Assembly: GCA_027490055.1 (NCBI GenBank)
Contig: JAIXYV010000052.1
Span: forward strand, 10,193-74,192
Source: Bacteroidota bacterium
Lineage (GTDB): Bacteria > Bacteroidota > Bacteroidia > NS11-12g > UBA955
Length of the DNA: 64,000 bases
Reading direction: 5' to 3'
Shown piece by piece: positions 27,484 to 36,405 of the stretch. Both the position numbers and the translations under genes were made by a program. Below the pieces are notes generated by a model that saw only the letters and a program-made list of their open reading frames with translations, ran no database searches and was not told the DNA's origin. Position 1 is the first letter of the stretch, and the number at the start of each line of letters is the position of its first letter.

Positions 27484-28677
27484 TTATTTTCTCTCCTTTT
27501 TTATTTTTTCAATAAGGTCTGCAAAGTACGATTCTTTTGAGGGATTTTGCAAACTTAATTTTTCGTAAGCCTTTATCGCCAATTCATAGTTGCCCTGCTC
27601 GTAATAGATATTGGCTAGTGTTTCGCTAACAAACTCCAAATCAATCACTTCGCTTCTTTTTGCCATGTTCTCAGGATTGAAAAACTCCTTTTTTGGACGC
27701 GAAATTTGAGGGTTTATGCTGATAAATCGGTCGATTAAATCGAGTGATTCTGACTTTTTCGTGACATTTTCCTCAAGTTGCTGGTCTGAGGCCGGCGCTA
27801 ATTCCAGGCCTCCCTCCACTTCTACTGCCTGCTCAACTACCTTTACTGTTTCCTGTGTCTTAGGCGCTTTTAACCAGGCAAAAAAGTCTCGCTCCGGACT
27901 TGGCGCTTCCTCTACTTCAGGAACTGTTGGTGCCTGATCCTTGAAATAGTTATCTATGCTGTAAACTGGGTACTTTCTTAAATGTGACTCTGACTCAGGC
28001 GGCTCACTTGCAGGTTTAACAGGTTCTGAAAATCCGGTATTGTCTACAATATTACTGCTGCTCTCTGTCTCTTCTTCTGATGTTCCAAATGATTTAGAAA
28101 ATGAAAACTCTGTCTCTATCTCCTCACCAATAATGTCGTAATCAATCTCTATCTTATCTATTGAACGCGTTTCTGTATGGGTGTCTATAACAAATTCTTC
28201 TGCTAATGGCTCTGGCTCAACTACAGTATTAACGTCTTCAACTACGCTAACTGTCGTTTGTGCAGGGACCTCCACTTCAATTAACTCTTTCGTCACCTCT
28301 TCTGATATCAAAGGTTCCGGTTCTTGCTCTATGATTTCAGAACTCAGGAATTCTGTTACAGATGCGCTTGTTTCTTCTTTGTACTCGTGAACCAGCTCTT
28401 CAGGACTATACGTATCTTCAATTACATTCGCCGGTATATCCTGTTGTACACTGTGTATATAATCATAAAGGGCTTTGCGGTCCTTAACACGCATAGCGGC
28501 TTGTCTGAGCATATCCTCGAAACGGTAATGTCTGGTCTCGTAATAATACTTGGATAGGATGACGTATGGCAAAGAATAATAAGGATAATCCTCTGTTAAT
28601 TGCCTGACGTCTTCGATGTCGGTTTTATCAGCCAGTGCAGTGTTATGGTATATACTCTGAAGTCTTTCTATATTCAT
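27484..28677 (-). CDS. Hypothetical acidic protein with C-terminal TPR-like motif
   Basis: 397 aa with a long E/T/V-rich low-complexity centre. The C-terminus is LANIYYEQGNYELAIKAYEKLSLQNP. Confidence 0.6.
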   Translation of the reverse strand: MNIERLQSIYHNTALADKTDIEDVRQLTEDYPYYSLPYVILSKYYYETRHYRFEDMLRQAAMRVKDRKALYDYIHSVQQDIPANVIEDTYSPEELVHEYKEETSASVTEFLSSEIIEQEPEPLISEEVTKELIEVEVPAQTTVSVVEDVNTVVEPEPLAEEFVIDTHTETRSIDKIEIDYDIIGEEIETEFSFSKSFGTSEEETESSSNIVDNTGFSEPVKPASEPPESESHLRKYPVYSIDNYFKDQAPTVPEVEEAPSPERDFFAWLKAPKTQETVKVVEQAVEVEGGLELAPASDQQLEENVTKKSESLDLIDRFISINPQISRPKKEFFNPENMAKRSEVIDLEFVSETLANIYYEQGNYELAIKAYEKLSLQNPSKESYFADLIEKIKKERK

Positions 28678-28681
28678 AACA

Positions 28682-29191
28682 TTACCATTTTAAAGCTACT
28701 TTGTTAAATATCTCCTGTATGATCTGATTGCTCACCTCTTCCGATAAACTGCTTTCCAGTGTCTGAAAATTATCAGTGGCAGGGAATTCCTGGAACTTGG
28801 TGATAGTCTCAGTGAAATTCATCTCCTTGTGGTTAGGACATTCAAATACCACTGCTACAGAAAGTGTAAATCTGTTCTTAACGGCACCGGTACTGCTGCT
28901 TGTAGCCACTGGTTCTGTTTTATAATCAGTAATAAAACCCGATAATCTGTAATCGCCATCGCTGGCAATAACAGTCAGTGATGTTTGCTTGAGGAATTTA
29001 TCCTTTAATCCTTCTGTAAACTTCTGACTCAGACTTGGATTTACCAATGTCGCTTTATTAGTGAAATACTGCACGCTCATGGTTTTTACATCAGCCGGAA
29101 TATTAATACCAGATAAACTGTACTTGCAGGATTTACAGCCTGATAAAAGAATCAGGATAAGAAGCGGCGCTATAATTTTAAACTTCCTCAA
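28682..29191 (-). CDS. lptE: LptE-like lipoprotein
   Basis: 169 aa with a lipobox (LLSGC) followed by KYSLSG...MSVQYFTNKA, which is typical of Bacteroidota LptE. The conserved neighbourhood (sigma-54 activator upstream, secG downstream) supports the call. Confidence 0.65.
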   Translation of the reverse strand: MRKFKIIAPLLILILLSGCKSCKYSLSGINIPADVKTMSVQYFTNKATLVNPSLSQKFTEGLKDKFLKQTSLTVIASDGDYRLSGFITDYKTEPVATSSSTGAVKNRFTLSVAVVFECPNHKEMNFTETITKFQEFPATDNFQTLESSLSEEVSNQIIQEIFNKVALKW

Positions 29192-30444
29192 ATAGACTCC
29201 AAATTAAACTGTTTTATTTTTCTATACAAAGTGCGTTCTGAAATTCCCAGTTCTTTTGCCGCTCTATTGCGCTTGCCTTTGTTTCTTGTCAGAGCTTTTC
29301 TAATCATTTCTAACTCCTGATCAGCAATCGTAGCTCCAATATTGTCTTGCTCCTCTACATGCGAAACATCAATAACATTCGTGCGAATCGGTTGCACTGT
29401 ACTTGGTGGTATAATAACAGGCTTTTCGTATGGCTCCTGATAATAATTGTCTTTGTAAAGAACATGTTTTATCTCCTCCTGGTTATTGCGAATAAACTCC
29501 TCGCGATTACCACTGCTCTCTACCAAACCCATAACAATACGCTTCAAATCGCTGACATCTTTTTTCATGTCCACCAAAAACTTGTAGAAGATATCCCTCT
29601 CGCTCATGCCCTGAAAACTCAAGTTGTCACCTGTGTTATAGGCCAGTGGCAAGAATGAACCAGCAACTGGCAAATAGTTTCTTAAAATATCGGCAGAAAT
29701 CGGACTATTGTCAGATTCCAGTACACAAACCTGCTCGGTAATATTCTTTAACTGACGGATATTGCCCGGCCATGCGTAATCAGCCAACACTCTTTGTGCA
29801 TCAGCATTCAGCTGAATCACTGGTGAATGGTTTTTCTCCGAAAACTGAGTAGCAAATTTTCTGAACAATAAATGGATGTCTTCTTTGCGCTCACTAAGGC
29901 GCGGAACTCTGATAGGCACCGTCGCTAACCTGTAGTATAAATCTTCTCTGAATTTACCCTGATTGGCTCGTTCCAGTAAATCTCTATTAGTTGCCGCAAC
30001 CACTCTGACATTGGTTTTCTGAACTTTTGATGAACCCACTTTAATGAATTCGCCATTCTCAAGAATTCTTAAAAGTCTGGCTTGAGTTCCTAAAGGTAAC
30101 TCACCTACTTCATCTAAAAATATAGTGCCTCCATTAACTGCCTCAAAGTAACCTTTTCTGGCATCGGTTGCGCCCGTGAAAGATCCTTTCTCGTGTCCGA
30201 ATAATTCTGAATCTATTGTCCCTTCAGGTATTGCACCACAGTTGACTGCAATGAAATTGCCGTGCTTACGCGTACTTAATGCATGTATTATTTTTGAGAA
30301 TGATTCTTTACCAACCCCACTCTCTCCGGTAATCAGTACGCTCATGTCTGTTGGTGCTACTTTAATAGCCGTCTCCAATGCATGATTCAATGCCGGTGAA
30401 TTGCCGACAATCTCAAATCTGTTTTTTACGGATTGTAATTCCAT
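29188..30444 (-). CDS. Sigma-54-dependent transcriptional activator (bEBP) without N-terminal sensor domain
   Basis: 418 aa. The AAA+ domain begins near residue 12. It has Walker A (GESGVGKE), the sigma-54 contact loop GSFTGA, Walker B (LFLDEVGEL) and a C-terminal Fis-type HTH (AAKELGISERTLYRKIK). Confidence 0.9.
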   Translation of the reverse strand: MELQSVKNRFEIVGNSPALNHALETAIKVAPTDMSVLITGESGVGKESFSKIIHALSTRKHGNFIAVNCGAIPEGTIDSELFGHEKGSFTGATDARKGYFEAVNGGTIFLDEVGELPLGTQARLLRILENGEFIKVGSSKVQKTNVRVVAATNRDLLERANQGKFREDLYYRLATVPIRVPRLSERKEDIHLLFRKFATQFSEKNHSPVIQLNADAQRVLADYAWPGNIRQLKNITEQVCVLESDNSPISADILRNYLPVAGSFLPLAYNTGDNLSFQGMSERDIFYKFLVDMKKDVSDLKRIVMGLVESSGNREEFIRNNQEEIKHVLYKDNYYQEPYEKPVIIPPSTVQPIRTNVIDVSHVEEQDNIGATIADQELEMIRKALTRNKGKRNRAAKELGISERTLYRKIKQFNLESI

Positions 30445-31859
30445 TAGTTTATAGCTTTACCAATTAATGTTGTTGGAGTAACACGTTCTACTAAGACCTC
30501 TACAAAATCTCCTATCTTATGATTGCCTTTAGGAAAAACGACCTTGGTATTCTGGTCGTTTCTGCCTGATAAGTCGTCTTCACTTTTCTTTGATACAGAA
30601 TCTGTCAGCACTCTTACTACCTTGCCGATATAAGCTGAATTGTTGGCTAAAGATAATTCTTTCTGCAAGGCAATTATCTCCGACAATCGGCGCGATTTAA
30701 CCTCTTCAGGCACATCATCTGTCATCTTTTTATGCGCAGGAGTGCCAGGTCTTTCGCTGTACTTGTACATGTAACTGAAATCGAAACGACTTTCTTTCAT
30801 CATGCTTAAAGTATCCTGATGCTCTTCTTCTGTCTCCGAACAAAATCCAGCAATGATATCACAACTGATGCCACACTCTGGTATAATTTCTCTGATTCTT
30901 TTTACTTTATCCAAATACCACTCGCGGGTATAGGTGCGGTTCATCACCTCAAGCACTCTGGTGTTACCACTCTGTGCCGGAAGGTGTATGTACTTGCAAA
31001 TATTATCGTACTTTTTAATAGTAAACAATACATCATCACCAATATCTTTTGGATGAGATGTGCTGAACCTGATGCGCATATTAGGATCTACCAAGGCTAC
31101 CATTTCCAGTAACTTTGCAAATCCAACAGCATTGTCTTTCTGCTCGTCAGTAGCTTTTTTAAACTCTACTTTCGGACCGCCACCAAACCACAAATAACTA
31201 TCTACGTTCTGACCCAGTAAGGTAATTTCTTTGTAACCCGCCTCACTTAATTGTCTGGCTTCTTTAACAATGCTTTCTGGATCTCTGCTGCGCTCTCTGC
31301 CTCTGGTAAATGGTACCACACAAAACGAACACATGTTGTCGCAACCACGCATAATGCTTATAAATGCCGATACCCCATTGGTGTTCAAACGCAATGGCGA
31401 AATCTCAGCATACGTTTCTTCTCTGCTTAATAATACGTTGATGGCACGCTGACCGTCTACTACTTCCTCTACCAGTTTAGGGAGATCTCTGTAGGCATCC
31501 GGACCGGCAACAATATCTACCAGTTTTTCTTCTTCTAATAATTTGGTTTTTAATCGCTCTGCCATACAACCCAAAACGCCGATAATTAAATCAGAGTTCT
31601 TCCTCTTGTTGTTGCGCAAATGCTTTAAACGATCGCGAATAGTCTTCTCTGCATTTTCTCTGATTGCGCAGGTGTTCAATAAAATTAAATCGGCACTGAA
31701 CTCATCCTGTGTAATCGAATAACCATTCTCACTAAGTATAGATCCTATGATTTCGCTGTCACTGAAATTCATAGCACACCCGTAACTCTCTATATAAAAC
31801 TGCTTGCCTTGGCTTGCAGGTGCTTTAACTTCTGTCGCTGATATACCTGTGTCTATCAT
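30444..31859 (-). CDS. miaB: tRNA-2-methylthio-N6-dimethylallyladenosine synthase
   Basis: It has the radical-SAM motif [11 protein letters not shown], the N-terminal UPF0004 cysteines and a TRAM C-terminus. The start is set at MIDTG..., 8 nt after a TATCTTTG box. The track start at 31892 would place the promoter inside the CDS. Confidence 0.88.
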   Translation of the reverse strand: MIDTGISATEVKAPASQGKQFYIESYGCAMNFSDSEIIGSILSENGYSITQDEFSADLILLNTCAIRENAEKTIRDRLKHLRNNKRKNSDLIIGVLGCMAERLKTKLLEEEKLVDIVAGPDAYRDLPKLVEEVVDGQRAINVLLSREETYAEISPLRLNTNGVSAFISIMRGCDNMCSFCVVPFTRGRERSRDPESIVKEARQLSEAGYKEITLLGQNVDSYLWFGGGPKVEFKKATDEQKDNAVGFAKLLEMVALVDPNMRIRFSTSHPKDIGDDVLFTIKKYDNICKYIHLPAQSGNTRVLEVMNRTYTREWYLDKVKRIREIIPECGISCDIIAGFCSETEEEHQDTLSMMKESRFDFSYMYKYSERPGTPAHKKMTDDVPEEVKSRRLSEIIALQKELSLANNSAYIGKVVRVLTDSVSKKSEDDLSGRNDQNTKVVFPKGNHKIGDFVEVLVERVTPTTLIGKAIN

Positions 31860-31867
31860 AAGGAGTG

Positions 31868-31875
31868 CAAAGATA
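31868..31875 (-). promoter_or_regulatory. TAnnTTTG -7 box (TATCTTTG) 8 nt before ATG 31859
   Basis: Exact motif on the minus strand. Confidence 0.5.
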
Positions 31876-32028
31876 CTACATTTTACTGACATATTGTCAG
31901 AAAATAGGCGATTTTTTATGTAGTTTGGTAGATTTCTAATTGCACGATTAATCTTTACATCAATCTGTTAATCAGAATATTGAGCATCCAGAGCTCATAG
32001 TTTTACGCTTCTAAATAATTCATTCGAA

Positions 32029-32436
32029 TTATTCCCACTGATCTCTGTCTGTAAAATCAGTAGCGGCACTTTCACCTTTCATTATAGAGGATAAAGCTTC
32101 TTTGTGCTCCTGATCCAGAGTCCAGTCATCGGTATTAGTGGTCTCCAAATACACATTACCGCTTTTTCTGAAAACCTGCACATTCAATTGGAAAGTTTCT
32201 GAAAACAAAGTCTCAAACTGTCTGACACTTGTCTCACCACTGAACTCTATAGTACCTTGTCTGTCTCCGGTTAAACTGCTAATAAGTATATCATTCGGCA
32301 GCATTTGGTCTTTGCTGTTGTGCCCACCGGCAGAAGCCGACTGGTTAAAAAATTCTATTTTAAGCTGAGGATAGTAGTTATGGAACTGTTTTTTCAGATC
32401 CTTAAGCATCATATCTGGTTTTACTTCGATTAACAT
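32029..32436 (-). CDS. Hypothetical cytoplasmic protein
   Basis: 135 aa with no signal peptide and no recognised motif. It has its own promoter box. Confidence 0.55.
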   Translation of the reverse strand: MLIEVKPDMMLKDLKKQFHNYYPQLKIEFFNQSASAGGHNSKDQMLPNDILISSLTGDRQGTIEFSGETSVRQFETLFSETFQLNVQVFRKSGNVYLETTNTDDWTLDQEHKEALSSIMKGESAATDFTDRDQWE

Positions 32437-32440
32437 GATA

Positions 32441-32448
32441 CAAAATTA
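32441..32448 (-). promoter_or_regulatory. TAnnTTTG -7 box (TAATTTTG) 4 nt before ATG 32436 (leaderless-type)
   Basis: The minus strand reads TAATTTTG-tatc-ATG. Confidence 0.6.
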
Positions 32449-32491
32449 CAAGCTTTAACACTCATAATTTATGACAAGCATCAGTCAATCA

Positions 32492-34519
32492 CTATCTCAA
32501 ATCAAAGTTGTATATCACACAACCTTTAATCACATCGCCGTTGCCTTCTTCGCCATTGTAGGCAAACTGGATTTTATTGTCGCCATCTACAAAGTACGTA
32601 GTTGGTACTTCCACCATATTACCTTCAATTTGTGAGGCCTTTCCATTAGCTTTAATGGCCACCTGATTACCATTGATAATCACATACGCTTCGTTGTCGC
32701 TGTCAATACCCTGACTTAAGAAGAACATATACGCTTTAGGCGGTAGAGTGGCTTTATTAACCGTCATGGTAAATGGCATGGAGGCCACTTGATTGGCATT
32801 CTTACCCATCTCGATGACAAATGCGCTCTGATAAGATTTAGGCTTGGCTTTGTCCCAGCTAAATACTTTAACCCCGCCATCATCACAGGCATCAAAATGG
32901 TAAGTAAAATTCTGCTCTACAAATTGCTTAGCTCTCGGATCGGTTAAAGCATTATCAAAATAATAGTCGGCCAGCAACCAGCCTCTTGGGTTTTCGTTGT
33001 ACGTTTTCACCAATTGCTCGTATGTGGTAGCACTCAATTTACGTTGGTCAGGTGCATTAGATACATAGTCTTTTTTCTTGGCATCATAGTGCATTTGTCT
33101 GAACCACACTACTGAGTCCATGCCCAGATAAAACTTAGGAGCAAACTGCACTGTTGCCATCACCACATCGCCCTTCTTGAGGTTCTTTTTGATAAACTCT
33201 GATGGCTGTTTCCAGTTCACAAAATGTATTTCTGAAATGGCTTTGTCTACCACATTGCCATGCACCTCGGTCTTTAACATGCTGCCAATCTCTTTGCGCT
33301 TACTGGCTCCCAAAACAAACATACAGAACACCAAAGTACAAACCGTTAAATAGGTCTTATTGGTCTCTGAAAATGTTTTGCTTAGCATTTGCCCTAATAC
33401 AAAGGCAATGTAATACAAAGCATACGCTGCACTAATTAAAAACAAAGGATAGATATAACTTAAATATTTAGCGTGGCAAGGTTCTCTGAAGAAGAAACTC
33501 ATCAGGAAAAACGGAACGGCAAAGCCCGCAATTAGGATGTAAGATAATTTACGGTTCTTCAAAAACGCCGCTATCATTCCGACCCAACCCAGTATACTCA
33601 CCCATTTGAAATCGTAATTGATAACGCCTAAATACACATCAAAAGATTTGTAGGCTTTATCGGTATCAAAGGCTGCAGCCGCTGCTTTCAAATCAGGCAA
33701 GATAAGTGTTGCCATATTACCTGGCAGGAATATCTCGATAATTGGGCGCATCAACTGATTGCCAAAGGGTGTGAACATTAATACCACTGCAATAACATTC
33801 AGGTAGAAAAGCACATTATAGGCATTCAGTTTGAGGGGTGTAAACTTCTTATTAATCCATGCATCTATCGCTACCAAACTGCCGTAAAATCCTGCAGAGA
33901 AAATAAATAAAAAACAGATTAACTGACTCAGCATGGACAAGGCAAAAGCCAATAAAGTAAATGCTAAAAATTTCGGATTAATTCCAAATGAGGCCCAGGC
34001 ACTGCCTTCTTTGGCAGGCTTCTCTAACATTAACCAGAAACTCAATACCAATGGCACATAAAATGTTGCTACCATACCGTAAGGTCTGTCTACGCGACTC
34101 CAGAATATAAAATACAATGAAAATGTCACTAACAAAGCCGACATTAATCCAACTTTCTTGTTGGCTATAGTATTACCAAGCACATAGGTTGCAGGTACCA
34201 ATGCGGCACCAAGCAATGCTACAGGAAAACGCATTGAGAATTCGTTATCGCCGAATATACCAGCAAACAAGGTGTTGAACCAGGTAAGAATAATACCATT
34301 GTTTTCGCCATGCTTAAACTCGCCTTTTATAGCAGCTAAAGCATGCATGTATTCATCCACCCACAGCGACAAATAGCCAATCCTGTACAATCGGATAAAC
34401 AGGGCTATTACGCCAAATACCAGGGCGATTTTTAATGCGTTCTTATCAATAAAACCAGGCTTCGCCACTTTTACAGCGGCTGCTTTTGGTTTCTGTGCTA
34501 CAGTTGTCTGTTTGGCCAT
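32492..34519 (-). CDS. GT-C fold glycosyltransferase (GT39/ArnT/PMT-like) with C-terminal periplasmic domain
   Basis: 675 aa. It has about 11-13 TM segments, an acidic DE motif in the first loop (LWVDEYMH), and a soluble beta-rich C-terminus of about 230 aa. Confidence 0.75.
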   Translation of the reverse strand: MAKQTTVAQKPKAAAVKVAKPGFIDKNALKIALVFGVIALFIRLYRIGYLSLWVDEYMHALAAIKGEFKHGENNGIILTWFNTLFAGIFGDNEFSMRFPVALLGAALVPATYVLGNTIANKKVGLMSALLVTFSLYFIFWSRVDRPYGMVATFYVPLVLSFWLMLEKPAKEGSAWASFGINPKFLAFTLLAFALSMLSQLICFLFIFSAGFYGSLVAIDAWINKKFTPLKLNAYNVLFYLNVIAVVLMFTPFGNQLMRPIIEIFLPGNMATLILPDLKAAAAAFDTDKAYKSFDVYLGVINYDFKWVSILGWVGMIAAFLKNRKLSYILIAGFAVPFFLMSFFFREPCHAKYLSYIYPLFLISAAYALYYIAFVLGQMLSKTFSETNKTYLTVCTLVFCMFVLGASKRKEIGSMLKTEVHGNVVDKAISEIHFVNWKQPSEFIKKNLKKGDVVMATVQFAPKFYLGMDSVVWFRQMHYDAKKKDYVSNAPDQRKLSATTYEQLVKTYNENPRGWLLADYYFDNALTDPRAKQFVEQNFTYHFDACDDGGVKVFSWDKAKPKSYQSAFVIEMGKNANQVASMPFTMTVNKATLPPKAYMFFLSQGIDSDNEAYVIINGNQVAIKANGKASQIEGNMVEVPTTYFVDGDNKIQFAYNGEEGNGDVIKGCVIYNFDLR

Positions 34520-34522
34520 AAT

Positions 34523-35290
34523 CTATTTTACAAAAAATCGTTTTACAATTAAAATCAAAGTGTTTTTGATGGTTCTGGAAACATTCATCTTGCTCATGCC
34601 TCCTTTTTGATCGTATCTCAAAATAAGTGGTGTCTCGCCAAACAATAATTTACGGCGTCTCAGCTTCAAAAGAATATCTACCAAACACTGAAATCCATCC
34701 TGATCAACAAAGGTCTCTCCATATTCGGCAATGGCATTTTTCAATACATCTGCTCTTATGGCTCTGTAACCACATGTATAGTCTCTTACACCTTTTATCG
34801 GATAGGTAATTCTGAAAATCAAGGAAGCCACATAACTCAGAAGCTTTCTGTACCACACCAAGCCGATAACCCTTGCACCAGGTTGAAATCTTGATGCGAT
34901 CACCACATCATGTCCTTCAATAATCATACGCATCAAACGCAGAATTAATCCCGGATTATGCGTTGCATCCGCATCCATGGTGATGATGATATCATTCTTG
35001 GACGAATAGCTTACCGCTCTGTACAAGCCATCTCTGATGGTGGCACCTAAACCCTGATTAACTTCGTGTACCAGTAACTCGATGGGCATTTCTTTGGCCA
35101 TTTCTGTTACTATTTCACCCGTTCTGTCTTTACTGCCATCATTGACCACAAAAACTTTATAACCTGTTTTGCTGTCTTCTTCAAGCGCAAACCTGATTTG
35201 TGAGAGTAACTCACCAATATTCTCTTCTTCGTTGTATGCTGGTAAAACAACCAGTATTTCTCTTGATTTACGCTCTTCCATCCTATTCAA
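34523..35290 (-). CDS. GT2 polyprenyl-phosphate glycosyltransferase (Dpm1/ArnC/GtrB-like)
   Basis: 255 aa with the motifs VVLPAYNEEENI, VVNDGSKD and TMDAD. It has no C-terminal TM helices. Confidence 0.85.
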   Translation of the reverse strand: MNRMEERKSREILVVLPAYNEEENIGELLSQIRFALEEDSKTGYKVFVVNDGSKDRTGEIVTEMAKEMPIELLVHEVNQGLGATIRDGLYRAVSYSSKNDIIITMDADATHNPGLILRLMRMIIEGHDVVIASRFQPGARVIGLVWYRKLLSYVASLIFRITYPIKGVRDYTCGYRAIRADVLKNAIAEYGETFVDQDGFQCLVDILLKLRRRKLLFGETPLILRYDQKGGMSKMNVSRTIKNTLILIVKRFFVK

Positions 35291-36278
35291 AATAATTCTT
35301 TAATGACTTTACTTTATCGTAATTGTCTTTATACCACTTAATGGTTTTTTCAAGACCTTCTCTAATTTTTACACTCGGCGCATAACTCAATTCTGCGGCC
35401 GATTTGGAGGTGTCGCTTAACCTGTCTTTTACCTTGTCCCAGTTACGAGCAGGCTTAAACACAATGTTAGAGGTCGACCCCGTAACTTCCTTAATAATCT
35501 CAGCCATGTTCAGAATTTCAGTTCTGAAGCCTGTGCCACCGTTGTATATTTCGCCATCTTTAGACGGATTTAAAGCCGCGGCTATCATCAGGTCGATCAG
35601 GTCATCCACAAACGTAAAATCTCTGCTCTCTCTGCCTGTTCCGGTAATTACAAGGTCCTCGCCATTCAATGCTTTCTCAATAAAATTAGGAATCACATTG
35701 CGGTATTTACCAGCCAGTTCGTACGGACCATACGTATTGAAAATACGAATAGACACTGTTGGTACGTGAAACAAATGCGCGTAATACTGTGTATACAACT
35801 CGGCGGTGTATTTATTGATGCTGTATGGTGTCTCAGATGGATAGATGAAAGTATCTTCGTTCATCTGAGAAGCAGTGCCATAAACACAACTACTGCTGGC
35901 ATACACAAACTTTCTTAAACTCTTATGAAACTTAAGGATCTCCAATAACCCTACTGTACCAACTATATTGGTCTGAATATCGCTGAACGGATGATCGACA
36001 GAGTTCTGATTCGCAAAATGCGCCGCCAGATGGAAGACATAATCAAATTCGTGCTGGTTGATGACAAAATTTAATTTATCCATTTTGTCGATGTCCATAC
36101 CCACAAAAGTGATGCGTGGATCGTTGGGTAAAAAAACAGCCATACCCGACGACTGGTTATCCATTATCACTATGTTTGACACCTCATACTGCAACAATCT
36201 CCTGACAAGATTATTCCCAATAAATCCTGCTCCTCCGGTGACTAAAACACGTGCATTTTTTAACGACTGAAAATCCAT
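35283..36278 (-). CDS. NAD-dependent nucleotide-sugar epimerase/dehydratase (extended SDR)
   Basis: It has VLVTGGAGFIGNNL and the Y-x3-K motif (YSINKYTAE). The start is set at ATG MDFQSL...; the track's TTG start at 36323 is less likely. It overlaps the GT2 gene by 8 nt. Confidence 0.85.
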   Translation of the reverse strand: MDFQSLKNARVLVTGGAGFIGNNLVRRLLQYEVSNIVIMDNQSSGMAVFLPNDPRITFVGMDIDKMDKLNFVINQHEFDYVFHLAAHFANQNSVDHPFSDIQTNIVGTVGLLEILKFHKSLRKFVYASSSCVYGTASQMNEDTFIYPSETPYSINKYTAELYTQYYAHLFHVPTVSIRIFNTYGPYELAGKYRNVIPNFIEKALNGEDLVITGTGRESRDFTFVDDLIDLMIAAALNPSKDGEIYNGGTGFRTEILNMAEIIKEVTGSTSNIVFKPARNWDKVKDRLSDTSKSAAELSYAPSVKIREGLEKTIKWYKDNYDKVKSLKNYFE

Positions 36279-36392
36279 ACTTTTTAAAGTTCCGAAACTA
36301 TAATAAATAAATGGCTTAGACAAGTATATAATTTTGTCGGTTTTATGCGTTTATCTGGCTGTATCAATTACCATTTTATAATTATAAATCCT

Positions 36393-36400
36393 TACTTTTG
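36393..36400 (+). promoter_or_regulatory. TAnnTTTG -7 box (TACTTTTG) 5 nt before ATG 36406 (leaderless-type)
   Basis: Sequence TACTTTTG-ttttt-ATG. Confidence 0.6.
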
Positions 36401-36405
36401 TTTTT

